Position numbers and translations under genes: made by a program. The notes under the pieces are model-generated. The model ran no database searches. It had not been told where the DNA came from and worked only from the letters and a program-made list of their open reading frames with translations. This document shows positions 1-15,000 of a stretch of DNA of 64,000 nt, in pieces (the first letter of the stretch is position 1; each line of letters begins with the position of its first letter). The stretch is taken from positions 4,588,001 to 4,652,000 of the forward strand of contig CM102283.1 of assembly GCA_046563655.1 (NCBI GenBank). Direction: 5' to 3'. This DNA comes from Yuukianura sp. NJ FZ-2021 (lineage: Eukaryota).

Positions 1-3000
1 AAGTCCATTCTAACGGTATTGTACAATGGTGTTTGATATGCCGCCTTCTATTTTAGGAATAGTTTCGCTTGTGTTTTAAGTTGAAATTAGATATGCTTTG
101 GAACAGCTATTTTATTAAAACCCGCTTGCATTTGGACAAAAAGTAAAGCGGATTTTTTTCCAAAATTTCTGAGTGCGACCACTAGATTCTAAGGCTATAC
201 AGACACAGCTAAGTCCATTCTAACGGTATTGTACAATGGTGTTTGATATGCCGCCTTCTATTTTAGGAATAGTTTCGCTTGTGTTTTAAGTTGAAATTAG
301 ATATGCTTTGGAACAGCTATTTTATTAAAACCCGCTTGCATTTGGACAAAGAGTAAAGCGGATTTTTTTTTCAAAATTTCTGAGTGCGACCACTAGATTC
401 TAAGGCTATACAGACACATCTAATTCCATTCTAACGGTATTGTACAATGGTGTTTGATATGCCGCCTTCTATTTTAGGAATAGTTTCGCTTGTGTTTTAA
501 GTTGAAATTAGATATGCTTTGGAACAGCTATTTTATTAAAACCCGCTTGCATTTGGACAAAGAGTAAAGCGGATTTTTTTTTCAAAATTTCTGAGTGCGA
601 CCACTAGATTCTAAGGCTATACAGACACATCTCATTCCATTCTAACGCTATTACACAATGGTGTTTGATATGCCGCCTTTTAGTTTAGGAATAGTTTCGC
701 TTGTGTTTTAAGTTGAAATTAGATATGCTTTGGAACAGCTATTTTATTAAAACCCGCTTGCATTTGGACAAAAAGTAAAGCGGATTTTTTTCCAAAATTT
801 CTGAGTGCGACCACTAGATTCTAAGGCTATACAGACACAGCTAAGTCCATTCTAACGGTATTGTACAATGGTGTTTGATATGCCGCCTTCTATTTTAGGA
901 ATAGTTTCGCTTGTGTTTTAAGTTGAAATTAGATATGCTTTGGAACAGCTATTTTATTAAAACCCGCTTGCATTTGGACAAAAAGTAAAGCGGATTTTTT
1001 TCCAAAATTTCTGAGTGCGACCACTAGATTCTAAGGCTATACAGACACAGCTAAGTCCATTCTAACGGTATTGTACAATGGTGTTTGATATGCCGCCTTC
1101 TATTTTAGGAATAGTTTCGCTTGTGTTTTAAGTTGAAATTAGATATGCTTTGGAACAGCTATTTTATTAAAACCCGCTTGCATTTGGACAAAGAGTAAAG
1201 CGGATTTTTTTTCCAAAATTTCTGAGTGCGACCACTAGATTCTAAGGCTATACAGACACATCTAAGTCCATTCTAACGGTATTGTACAATGGTGTTTGAT
1301 ATGCCGCCTTCTATTTTAGGAATAGTTTCGCCTGTGTTTTAAGTTGAAGTTAGATATGCTTTGGAACAGCTATTTTATTAAAACCCGCTTGCATTTGGAC
1401 AAAGAGTAAAGCGGATTTTTTTTTCAAAATTTCTGAGTGCGACCACTAGATTCTAAGGCTATACAGACACATCTAAGTCCATTCTAACGGTATTGTACAA
1501 TGGTGTTTGATATGCCGCCTTCTATTTTAGGAATAGTTTCGCTTGTGTTTTAAGTTGAAATTAGATATGCTTTGGAACAGCTATTTTATTAAAACCCGCT
1601 TGCATTTGGACAAAGAGTAACGCGGGTTTTTTTCCAAAATTTCTGAGTGCGACCACTAGATTCTAAGGCTATACAGACACATCTAATTCCATTCTAACGG
1701 TATTGTACAATGGTGTTTGATATGCCGCCTTCTATTTTAGGAATAGTTTCGCTTGTGTTTTAAGTTGAAATTAAATATGCTTTGGAACAGCTATTTTATT
1801 AAAACCCGCTTGCATTTGGACAAAGAGTAAAGCGGATTTTTTTTCAAAATTTCTGAGTGCGACCACTAAATTCTAAGGCTATACAGACACATCTAAGTCC
1901 ATTCTAACGGTATTGTACAATGGTGTTTGATATGCCGCCTTCTATTTTAGGAATAGTTTCGCTTGTGTTTTAAGTTGAAATTAGATATGCTTTGGAACAG
2001 CTATTTTATTAAAACCCGCTTGCATTTGGACAAAGAGTAAAGCGGATTTTTTTCAAAATTTCTGAGTGCGACCACTAAATTCTAAGGCTATACAGACACA
2101 TCTAAGTCCATTCTAACGGTATTGTACAATGGTGTTTGATATGCCGCCTTCTATTTTAGGAATAGTTTCGCTTGTGTTTTAAGTTGAAATTAGATATGCT
2201 TTGGAACAGCTATTTTATTAAAACCCGCTTGCATTTGGACAAAGAGTAAAGCGGATTTTTTTCCAAAATTTCTGAGTGCGACCACTAAATTCTAAGGCTA
2301 TACAGACACATCTCATTCCATTCTAACGGTATTGTACAATGGTGTTTGATATGCCGCCTTCTATTTTAGGAATAGTTTCGCTTGTGTTTTAAGTTGAAAT
2401 TAGATATGCTTTGGAACAGCTATTTTATTAAAACCCGCTTGCATTTGGACAATGAGTAAAGCGGATTTTTTTTTCAAAATTTCTGAGTGCGACCACTAAA
2501 TTCTAAGGCTATACAGACACATCTCATTCCATTCTAACGGTATTGTACAATGGTGTTTGATATGCCGCCTTCTATTTTAGGAATAGTTTCGCTTGTGTTT
2601 TAAGTTGAAATTAGATATGCTTTGGAACAGCTATTTTATTAAAACCCGCTTGCATTTGGACAAAAAGTAAAGCGGATTTTTTTCCAAAATTTCTGAGTGC
2701 GACCACTAGATTCTAAGGCTATACAGACACAGCTAAGTCCATTCTAACGGTATTGTACAATGGTGTTTGATATGCCGCCTTCTATTTTAGGAATAGTTTC
2801 GCTTGTGTTTTAAGTTGAAATTAGATATGCTTTGGAACAGCTATTTTATTAAAACCCGCTTGCATTTGGACAAAGAGTAAAGCGGATTTTTTTCCAAAAT
2901 TTCTGAGTGCGACCACTAGATTCTAAGGCTATACAGACACAGCTAAGTCCATTCTAACGGTATTGTACAATGGTGTTTGATATGCCGCCTTCTATTTTAG

Positions 3001-6000
3001 GAATAGTTTCGCTTGTGTTTTAAGTTGAAATTAGATATGCTTTGGAACAGCTATTTTATTAAAACCCGCTTGCATTTGGACAAAGAGTAAAGCGGATTTT
3101 TTTCCAAAATTTCTGAGTGCGACCACTAGATTCTAAGGCTATACAGACACAGCTAAGTCCATTCTAACGGTATTGTACAATGGTGTTTGATATGCCGCCT
3201 TCTATTTTAGGAATAGTTTCGCTTGTGTTTTAAGTTGAAATTAGATATGCTTTGGAACAGCTATTTTATTAAAACCCGCTTGCATTTGGACAAAAAGTAA
3301 AGCGGATTTTTTTCCAAAATTTCTGAGTGCGACCACTAGATTCTAAGGCTATACAGACACAGCTAAGTCCATTCTAACGGTATTGTACAATGGTGTTTGA
3401 TATGCCGCCTTCTATTTTAGGAATAGTTTCGCTTGTGTTTTAAGTTGAAATTAGATATGCTTTGGAACAGCTATTTTATTAAAACCCGCTTGCATTTGGA
3501 CAAAAAGTAAAGCGGATTTTTTTCCAAAATTTCTGAGTGCGACCACTAGATTCTAAGGCTATACAGACACAGCTAAGTCCATTCTAACGGTATTGTACAA
3601 TGGTGTTTGATATGCCGCCTTCTATTTTAGGAATAGTTTCGCTTGTGTTTTAAGTTGAAATTAGATATGCTTTGGAACAGCTATTTTATTAAAACCCGCT
3701 TGCATTTGGACAAAGAGTAAAGCGGATTTTTTTTCCAAAATTTCTGAGTGCGACCACTAGATTCTAAGGCTATACAGACACATCTAATTCCATTCTAACG
3801 GTATTGTACAATGGTGTTTGATATGCCGCCTTCTATTTTAGGAATAGTTTCGCTTGTGTTTTAAGTTGAAATTAGATATGCTTTGGAACAGCTATTTTAT
3901 TAAAACCCGCTTGCATTTGGACAAAGAGTAAAGCGGATTTTTTTCAAAATTTCTGAGTGCGACCACTAGATTCTAAGGCTATACAGACACATCTAATTCC
4001 ATTCTAACGGTATTGTACAATGGTGTTTGATATGCCGCCTTCTATTTTAGGAATAGTTTCGCCTGTGTTTTAAGTTGAAATTAGATATGCTTTGGAACAG
4101 CTATTTTATTAAAACCCGCTTGCATTTGGACAAAGAGTAAAGCGGATTTTTTTTTCAAAATTTCTGAGTGCGACCACTAAATTCTAAGGCTATACAGACA
4201 CATCTAAGTCCATTCTAACGGTATTGTACAATGGTGTTTGATATGCCGCCTTCTATTTTAGGAATAGTTTCGCTTGTGTTTTAAGTTGAAATTAGATATG
4301 CTTTGGAACAGCTATTTTATTAAAACCCGCTTGCATTTGGACAAAGAGTAAAGCGGATTTTTTTCCAAAATTTCTGAGTGCGACCACTAGATTCTAAGGC
4401 TATACAGACACAGCTAAGTCCATTCTAACGGTATTGTACAATGGTGTTTGATATGCCGCCTTCTATTTTAGGAATAGTTTCGCTTGTGTTTTAAGTTGAA
4501 ATTAGATATGCTTTGGAACAGCTATTTTATTAAAACCCGCTTGCATTTGGACAAAGAGTAAAGCGGATTTTTTTCCAAAATTTCTGAGTGCGACCACTAG
4601 ATTCTAAGGCTATACAGACACAGCTAAGTCCATTCTAACGGTATTGTACAATGGTGTTTGATATGCCGCCTTCTATTTTAGGAATAGTTTCGCTTGTGTT
4701 TTAAGTTGAAATTAGATATGCTTTGGAACAGCTATTTTATTAAAACCCGCTTGCATTTGGACAAATAGTAAAGCGGATTTTTTTCCAAAATTTCTGAGTG
4801 CGACCACTAGATTCTAAGGCTATACAGACACAGCTAAGTCCATTCTAACGGTATTGTACAATGGTGTTTGATATGCCGCCTTCTATTTTAGGAATAGTTT
4901 CGCTTGTGTTTTAAGTTGAAATTAGATATGCTTTGGAACAGCTATTTTATTAAAACCCGCTTGCATTTGGACAAAAAGTAAAGCGGATTTTTTTCCAAAA
5001 TTTCTGAGTGCGACCACTAGATTCTAAGGCTATACAGACACAGCTAAGTCCATTCTAACGGTATTGTACAATGGTGTTTGATATGCCGCCTTCTATTTTA
5101 GGAATAGTTTCGCTTGTGTTTTAAGTTGAAATTAGATATGCTTTGGAACAGCTATTTTATTAAAACCCGCTTGCATTTGGACAAAAAGTAAAGCGGATTT
5201 TTTTCCAAAATTTCTGAGTGCGACCACTAGATTCTAAGGCTATACAGACACAGCTAAGTCCATTCTAACGGTATTGTACAATGGTGTTTGATATGCCGCC
5301 TTCTATTTTAGGAATAGTTTCGCTTGTGTTTTAAGTTGAAATTAGATATGCTTTGGAACAGCTATTTTATTAAAACCCGCTTGCATTTGGACAAAGAGTA
5401 AAGCGGATTTTTTTCCAAAATTTCTGAGTGCGACCACTAGATTCTAAGGCTATACAGACACAGCTAAGTCCATTCTAACGGTATTGTACAATGGTGTTTG
5501 ATATGCCGCCTTCTATTTTAGGAATAGTTTCGCTTGTGTTTTAAGTTGAAATTAGATATGCTTTGGAACAGCTATTTTATTAAAACCCGCTTGCATTTGG
5601 ACAAATAGTAAAGCGGATTTTTTTCCAAAATTTCTGAGTGCGACCACTAGATTCTAAGGCTATACAGACACAGCTAAGTCCATTCTAACGGTATTGTACA
5701 ATGGTGTTTGATATGCCGCCTTCTATTTTAGGAATAGTTTCGCTTGTGTTTTAAGTTGAAATTAGATATGCTTTGGAACAGCTATTTTATTAAAACCCGC
5801 TTGCATTTGGACAAAAAGTAAAGCGGATTTTTTTCCAAAATTTCTGAGTGCGACCACTAGATTCTAAGGCTATACAGACACAGCTAAGTCCATTCTAACG
5901 GTATTGTACAATGGTGTTTGATATGCCGCCTTCTATTTTAGGAATAGTTTCGCTTGTGTTTTAAGTTGAAATTAGATATGCTTTGGAACAGCTATTTTAT

Positions 6001-9000
6001 TAAAACCCGCTTGCATTTGGACAAAAAGTAAAGCGGATTTTTTTCCAAAATTTCTGAGTGCGACCACTAGATTCTAAGGCTATACAGACACAGCTAAGTC
6101 CATTCTAACGGTATTGTACAATGGTGTTTGATATGCCGCCTTCTATTTTAGGAATAGTTTCGCTTGTGTTTTAAGTTGAAATTAGATATGCTTTGGAACA
6201 GCTATTTTATTAAAACCCGCTTGCATTTGGACAAAAAGTAAAGCGGATTTTTTTCCAAAATTTCTGAGTGCGACCACTAGATTCTAAGGCTATACAGACA
6301 CAGCTAAGTCCATTCTAACGGTATTGTACAATGGTGTTTGATATGCCGCCTTCTATTTTAGGAATAGTTTCGCTTGTGTTTTAAGTTGAAATTAGATATG
6401 CTTTGGAACAGCTATTTTATTAAAACCCGCTTGCATTTGGACAAAGAGTAAAGCGGATTTTTTTTCAAAATTTCTGAGTGCGACCACTAGATTCTAAGGC
6501 TATACAGACACATCTAATTCCATTCTAACGGTATTGTACAATGGTGTTTGATATGCCGCCTTCTATTTTAGGAATAGTTTCGCTTGTGTTTTAAGTTGAA
6601 ATTAGATATGCTTTGGAACAGCTATTTTATTAAAACCCGCTTGCATTTGGACAAAGAGTAAAGCGGATTTTTTTTTCAAAATTTCTGAGTGCGACCACTA
6701 AATTCTAAGGCTATACAGACACATCTAAGTCCATTCTAACGGTATTGTACAATGGTGTTTGATATGCCGCCTTCTATTTTAGGAATAGTTTCGCTTGTGT
6801 TTTAAGTTGAAATTAGATATGCTTTGGAACAGCTATTTTATTAAAACCCGCTTGCATTTGGACAAAGAGTAAAGCGGATTTTTTTCCAAAATTTCTGAGT
6901 GCGACCACTAGATTCTAAGGCTATACAGACACAGCTAAGTCCATTCTAACGGTATTGTACAATGGTGTTTGATATGCCGCCTTCTATTTTAGGAATAGTT
7001 TCGCTTGTGTTTTAAGTTGAAATTAGATATGCTTTGGAACAGCTATTTTATTAAAACCCGCTTGCATTTGGACAAAAAGCAAAGCGGATTTTTTTCCAAA
7101 ATTTCTGAGTGCGACCACTAGATTCTAAGGCTATACAGACACAGCTAAGTCCATTCTAACGGTATTGTACAATGGTGTTTGGTATGCCGCCTTCTATTTT
7201 AGGAATAGTTTCGCTTGTGTTTTAAGTTGAAATTAGATATGCTTTGGAACAGCTATTTTATTAAAACCCGCTTGCATTTGGACAAAGAGTAAAGCGGATT
7301 TTTTTTCAAAATTTCTGAGTGCGACCACTAGATTCTAAGGCTATACAGACAGATCTAATTCCATTCTAACGGTATTGTACAATGGTGTTTGATATGCCGC
7401 CTTCTATTTTAGGAATAGTTTCGCTTGTGTTTTAAGTTGAAATTAGATATGCTTTGGAACAGCTATTTTATTAAAACCCGCTTGCATTTGGACAAAAAGT
7501 AAAGCGGATTTTTTTCCAAAATTTCTGAGTGCGACCACTAGATTCTAAGGCTATACAGACACAGCTAAGTCCATTCTAACGGTATTGTACAATGGTGTTT
7601 GATATGCCGCCTTCTATTTTAGGAATAGTTTCGCTTGTGTTTTAAGTTGAAATTAGATATGCTTTGGAACAGCTATTTTATTAAAACCCGCTTGCATTTG
7701 GACAAAAAGTAAAGCGGATTTTTTTCCAAAATTTCTGAGTGCGACCACTAGATTCTAAGGCTATACAGACACAGCTAAGTCCATTCTAACGGTATTGTAC
7801 AATGGTGTTTGATATGCCGCCTTCTATTTTAGGAATAGTTTCGCTTGTGTTTTAAGTTGAAATTAGATATGCTTTGGAACAGCTATTTTATTAAAACCCG
7901 CTTGCATTTGGACAAAGAGTAAAGCGGATTTTTTTCCAAAATTTCTGAGTGCGACCACTAGATTCTAAGGCTATACAGACACAGCTAAGTCCATTCTAAC
8001 GGTATTGTACAATGGTGTTTGATATGCCGCCTTCTATTTTAGGAATAGTTTCGCTTGTGTTTTAAGTTGAAATTAGATATGCTTTGGAACAGCTATTTTA
8101 TTAAAACCCGCTTGCATTTGGACAAAGAGTAAAGCGGATTTTTTTTTCAAAATTTCTGAGTGCGACCACTAGATTCTAAGGCTATACAGACACATCTAAG
8201 TCCATTCTAACGGTATTGTACAATGGTGTTTGATATGCCGCCTTCTATTTTAGGAATAGTTTCGCTTGTGTTTTAAGTTGAAATTAGATATGCTTTGGAA
8301 CAGCTATTTTATTAAAACCCGCTTGCATTTGGACAAAAAGTAAAGCGGATTTTTTTCCAAAATTTCTGAGTGCGACCACTAGATTCTAAGGCTATACAGA
8401 CACAGCTAAGTCCATTCTAACGGTATTGTACAATGGTGTTTGATATGCCGCCTTCTATTTTAGGAATAGTTTCGCTTGTGTTTTAAGTTGAAATTAGATA
8501 TGCTTTGGAACAGCTATTTTATTAAAACCCGCTTGCATTTGGACAAAGAGTAAAGCGGATTTTTTTTTCAAAATTTCTGAGTGCGACCACTAGAATCTAA
8601 GGCTATACAGACACATCTAATTCCATTCTAACGGTATTGTACAATGGTGTTTGATATGCCGCCTTCTATTTTAGGAATAGTTTCGCTTGTGTTTTAAGTT
8701 GAAATTAAATATGCTTTGGAACAGCTATTTTATTAAAACCCGCTTGCATTTGGACAAAGAGTAAAGCGGATTTTTTTTCAAAATTTCTGAGTGCGACCAC
8801 TAGAATCTAAGGCTATACAGACACATCTAATTCCATTCTAACGGTATTGTACAATGGTGTTTGATATGCCGCCTTCTATTTTAGGAATAGTTTCGCTTGT
8901 GTTTTAAGTTGAAATTAAATATGCTTTGGAACAGCTATTTTATTAAAACCCGCTCGCATTTGGACAATGAGTAAAGCGGATTTTTTTTTTCAAAATTTCT

Positions 9001-12000
9001 GAGTGCGACCACTAAATTCTAAGGCTATACAGACACATCTCATTCCATTCTAACGGTATTGTACAATGGTGTTTGATATGCCGCTTTTTAGTTTAGGAAC
9101 AGTTTCGCTTGTGTTTTAAGTTGAAATTAGATATGCTTTGGAACAGCTATTTTATTAAAACCCGCTTGCATTTGGACAAAAAGTAAAGCGGATTTTTTTC
9201 CAAAATTTCTGAGTGCGACCACTAGATTCTAAGGCTATACAGACACATCTATGTCCATTCTAACGGTATTGTACAATGGTGTTTGATATGCCGCCTTCTA
9301 TTTTAGGAATAGTTTCGCTCGTGTTTTAAGTTAAAATTAGATATGCTTTGGAACAACTATTTTATTAAAACCCGCTTGCATTTGGACAAAGAGTAAAGCG
9401 GATTTTTTTTCAAAATTTCTGAGTGCGACCACTAAATTCTAAGGCTATACAGACACATCTCATTCCATTCTAAAGCTATTATACAATGGTGTTTGATATG
9501 CCGCTTTTTAGTTTAGGAACAGTTTCGCTTGTGTTTTAAGTTGAAATTAGATATGCTTTGGAACAGCTGTTTTATTAAAACCCGCTTGCATTTGGACAAA
9601 AAGTAAAGCGGATTTTTTTCCAAAATTTCTGAGTGCGACCACTAGATTCTAAGGCTATACAGACACAGCTAAGTCCATTCTAACGGTATTGTACAATGGT
9701 GTTTGATATGCCGCCTTCTATTTTAGGAATAGTTTCGCTTGTGTTTTAAGTTGAAATTAGATATGCTTTGGAACAGCTATTTTATTAAAACCCGCTTGCA
9801 TTTGGACAAAAAGTAAAGCGGATTTTTTTCCAAAATTTCTGAGTGCGACCACTAGATTCTAAGGCTATACAGACACAGCTAAGTCCATTCTAACGGTATT
9901 GTACAATGGTGTTTGATATGCCGCCTTCTATTTTAGGAATAGTTTCGCTTGTGTTTTAAGTTGAAATTAGATATGCTTTGGAACAGCTATTTTATTAAAA
10001 CCCGCTTGCATTTGGACAAAAAGTAAAGCGGATTTTTTTCCAAAATTTCTGAGTGCGACCACTAGATTCTAAGGCTATACAGACACAGCTAAGTCCATTC
10101 TAACGGTATTGTACAATGGTGTTTGATATGCCGCCTTCTATTTTAGGAATAGTTTCGCTTGTGTTTTAAGTTGAAATTAGATATGCTTTGGAACAGCTAT
10201 TTTATTAAAACCCGCTTGCATTTGGACAAAAAGTAAAGCGGATTTTTTTCCAAAATTTCTGAGTGCGACCACTAGATTCTAAGGCTATACAGACACAGCT
10301 AAGTCCATTCTAACGGTATTGTACAATGGTGTTTGATATGCCGCCTTCTATTTTAGGAATAGTTTCGCTTGTGTTTTAAGTTGAAATTAGATATGCTTTG
10401 GAACAGCTATTTTATTAAAACCCGCTTGCATTTGGACAAAGAGTAAAGCGGATTTTTTTTTCAAAATTTCTGAGTGCGACCACTAAATTCTAAGGCTATA
10501 CAGACACATCTAAGTCCATTCTAACGGTATTGTACAATGGTGTTTGATATGCCGCCTTCTATTTTAGGAATAGTTTCGCTTGTGTTTTAAGTTGAAATTA
10601 GATATGCTTTGGAACAGCTATTTTATTAAAACCCGCTTGCATTTGGACAAAAAGTAAAGCGGATTTTTTTCCAAAATTTCTGAGTGCGACCACTAGATTC
10701 TAAGGCTATACAGACACGGCTAAGTCCATTCTAACGGTATTGTACAATGGTGTTTGATATGCCGCCTTCTATTTTAGGAATAGTTTCGCTTGTGTTTTAA
10801 GTTGAAATTAGATATGCTTTGGAACAGCTATTTTATTAAAACCCGCTTGCATTTGGACAAAGAGTAAAGCGGATTTTTTTTCAAAATTTCTGAGTGCGAC
10901 CACTAGATTCTAAGGCTATACAGACACATCTAATTCCATTCTAACGGTATTGTACAATGGTGTTTGATATGCCGCCTTCTACTTTAGGAATAGTTTCGCT
11001 TGTGTTTTAAGTTGAAATTAAATATGCTTTGGAACAGCTATTTTATTAAAACCCGCTTGCATTTGGACAAAGAGTAAAGCGGATTGTTTTTCAAAATTTC
11101 TGAGTGCGACCACTAAATTCTAAGGCTATACAGACACATCTAAGTCCATTCTAACGGTATTGTACAATGGTGTTTGATATGCCGCCTTCTATTTTAGGAA
11201 TAGTTTCGCTTGTGTTTTAAGTTGAAATTAGATATGCTTTGGAACAGCTATTTTATTAAAACCCGCTTGCATTTGGACAAAGAGTAAAGCGGATTTTTTT
11301 CCAAAATTTCTGAGTGCGACCACTAAATTCTAAGGCTATACAGACACATCTCATTCCATTCTAACGGTATTGTACAATGGTGTTTGATATGCCGCCTTCT
11401 ATTTTAGGAATAGTTTCGCTTGTGTTTTAAGTTGAAATTAAATATGCTTTGGAACAGCTATTTTATTAAAACCCGCTTGCATTTGGACAATGAGTAAAGC
11501 GGATTTTTTTTTCAAAATTTCTGAGTGCGACCACTAAATTCTAAGGCTATACAGACACATCTAAGTCCATTCTAACGGTATTGTACAATGGTGTTTGATA
11601 TGCCGCCTTCTATTTTAGGAATAGTTTCGCTTGTGTTTTAAGTTGAAATTAGATATGCTTTGGAACAGCTATTTTATTAAAACCCGCTTGCATTTGGACA
11701 AAGAGTAAAGCGGATTTTTTTCCAAAATTTCTGAGTGCGACCACTAGATTCTAAGGCTATACAGACACAGCTAAGTCCATTCTAACGGTATTGTACAATG
11801 GTGTTTGATATGCCGCCTTCTATTTTAGGAATAGTTTCGCTTGTGTTTTAAGTTGAAATTAGATATGCTTTGGAACAGCTATTTTATTAAAACCCGCTTG
11901 CATTTGGACAAAGAGTAAAGCGGATTTTTTTCCAAAATTTCTGAGTGCGACCACTAAATTCTAAGGCTATACAGACACATCTCATTCCATTCTAACGGTA

Positions 12001-15000
12001 TTGTACAATGGTGTTTGATATGCCGCCTTCTATTTTAGGAATAGTTTCGCTTGTGTTTTAAGTTGAAATTAAATATGCTTTGGAACAGCTATTTTATTAA
12101 AACCCGCTTGCATTTGGACAATGAGTAAAGCGGATTTTTTTTTCAAAATTTCTGAGTGCGACCACTAAATTCTAAGGCTATACAGACACATCTAAGTCCA
12201 TTCTAACGGTATTGTACAATGGTGTTTGATATGCCGCCTTCTATTTTAGGAATAGTTTCGCTTGTGTTTTAAGTTGAAATTAGATATGCTTTGGAACAGC
12301 TATTTTATTAAAACCCGCTTGCATTTGGACAAAGAGTAAAGCGGATTTTTTTCCAAAATTTCTGAGTGCGACCACTAGATTCTAAGGCTATACAGACACA
12401 TCTAAGTCCATTCTAACGGTATTGTACAATGGTGTTTGATATGCCGCCTTCTATTTTAGGAATAGTTTCGCTTGTGTTTTAAGTTGAAATTAGATATGCT
12501 TTGGAACAGCTATTTTATTAAAACCCGCTTGCATTTGGACAAAGAGTAAAGCGGATTTTTTTTCAAAATTTCTGAGTGCGACCACTAAATTCTAAGGCTA
12601 TACAGAGACATCTAAGTCCATTCTAACGGTATTGTACAATGGTGTTTGATATGCCGCCTTCTATTTTAGGAATAGTTTCGCTTGTGTTTTAAGTTGAAAT
12701 TAGATATGCTTTGGAACAGCTATTTTATTAAAACCCGCTTGCATTTGGACAAAGAGTAAAGCGGATTTTTTTTCAAAATTTCTGAGTGCGACCACTAGAT
12801 TCTAAGGCTATACAGACACATCTAAGTCCATTCTAACGGTATTGTACAATGGTGTTTGATATGCCGCCTTCTATTTTAGGAATAGTTTCGCTTGTGTTTT
12901 AAGTTGAAATTAGATATGCGTTGGAACAGCTGTTTTATTAAAACCCGCTTGCATTTGGACAAAGAGTAAAGCGGATTTTTTTTCAAAATTTCTGAGTGCG
13001 ACCACTAGATTCTAAGGCTATACAGACACATCTAATTCCATTCTAACGGTATTGTACAATGGTGTTTGATATGCCGCCTTCTATTTTAGGAATAGTTTCG
13101 CTTGTGTTTTAAGTTGAAATTAAATATGCTTTGGAACAGCTATTTTATTAAAACCCGCTTGCATTTGGACAAAGAGTAAAGCGGATTTTTTTTCAAAATT
13201 TCTGAGTGCGACCACTAAATTCTAAGGCTATACAGACACATCTAAGTCCATTCTAACGGTATTGTACAATGGTGTTTGATATGCCGCCTTCTATTTTAGG
13301 AATAGTTTCGCTTGTGTTTTAAGTTGAAATTAGATATGCTGTGGAACAGCTATTTTATTAAAACCCGCTTGCATTTGGACAAAGAGTAAAGCGGATTTTT
13401 TTCCAAAATTTCTGAGTGCGACCACTAAATTCTAAGGCTATACAGAGACATCTAAGTCCATTCTAACGGTATTGTACAATGGTGTTTGATATGCCGCCTT
13501 CTATTTTAGGAATAGTTTCGCTTGTGTTTTAAGTTGAAATTAGATATGCTTTGGAACAGCTATTTTATTAAAACCCGCTTGCATTTGGACAAAGAGTAAA
13601 GCGGATTTTTTTTTCAAAATTTCTGAGTGCGACCACTAGATTCTAAGGCTATACAGACACATCTAAGTCCATTCTAACGGTATTGTACAATGGTGTTTGA
13701 TATGCCGCCTTCTATTTTAGGAATAGTTTCGCTTGTGTTTTAAGTTGAAATTAGATATGCTTTGGAACAGCTATTTTATTAAAACCCGCTTGCATTTGGA
13801 CAAAGAGTAAAGCGGATTTTTTTTCAAAATTTCTGAGTGCGACCACTAGATTCTAAGGCTATACAGACACATCTAAGTCCATTCTAACGGTATTGTACAA
13901 TGGTGTTTGATATGCCGCCTTCTATTTTAGGAATAGTTTCGCTTGTGTTTTAAGTTGAAATTAGATATGCTTTGGAACAGCTATTTTATTAAAACCCGCT
14001 TGCATTTGGACAAAAAGTAAAGCGGATTTTTTTCCAAAATTTCTGAGTGCGACCACTAGATTCTAAGGCTATACAGACACAGCTAAGTCCATTCTAACGG
14101 TATTGTACAATGGTGTTTGATATGCCGCCTTCAATTTTAGGAATAGTTTCGCTTGTGTTTTAAGTTGAAATTAGATATGCTTTGGAACAGCTATTTTATT
14201 AAAACCCGCTTGCATTTGGACAAAGAGTAAAGCGGATTTTTTTTCAAAATTTCTGAGTGCGACCACTAGATTCTAAGGCTATACAGACACATCTAATTCC
14301 ATTCTAACGGTATTGTACAATGGTGTTTGATATGCCGCCTTCTATTTTAGGAATAGTTTCGCTTGTGTTTTAAGTTGAAATTAAATATGCTTTGGAACAG
14401 CTATTTTATTAAAACCCGCTTGCATTTGGACAAAGAGTAAAGCGGATTTTTTTCAAAATTTCTGAGTGCGACCACTAAATTCTAAGGCTATACAGACACA
14501 TCTAAGTCCATTCTAACGGTATTGTACAATGGTGTTTGATATGCCGCCTTCTATTTTAGGAATAGTTTCGCTTGTGTTTTAAGTTGAAATTAGATATGCT
14601 GTGGAACAGCTATTTTATTAAAACCCGCTTGCATTTGGACAAAGAGTAAAGCGGATTTTTTTCAAAATTTCTGAGTGCGACCACTAAATTCTAAGGCTAT
14701 ACAGACACATCTAAGTCCATTCTAACGGTATTGTACAATGGTGTTTGATATGCCGCCTTCTATTTTAGGAATAGTTTCGCTTGTGTTTTAAGTTGAAATT
14801 AGATATGCTTTGGAACAGCTATTTTATTAAAACCCGCTTGCATTTGGACAAAGAGTAAAGCGGATTTTTTTCCAAAATTTCTGAGTGCGACCACTAGATT
14901 CTAAGGCTATACAGACACAGCTAAGTCCATTCTAACGGTATTGTACAATGGTGTTTGATATGCCGCCTTCTATTTTAGGAATAGTTTCGCTTGTGTTTTA

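Noticed and set aside
60-80. CENP-B box in the satellite
   Set aside because: TTTCG is present but the downstream A..CGGG part of the motif is not.
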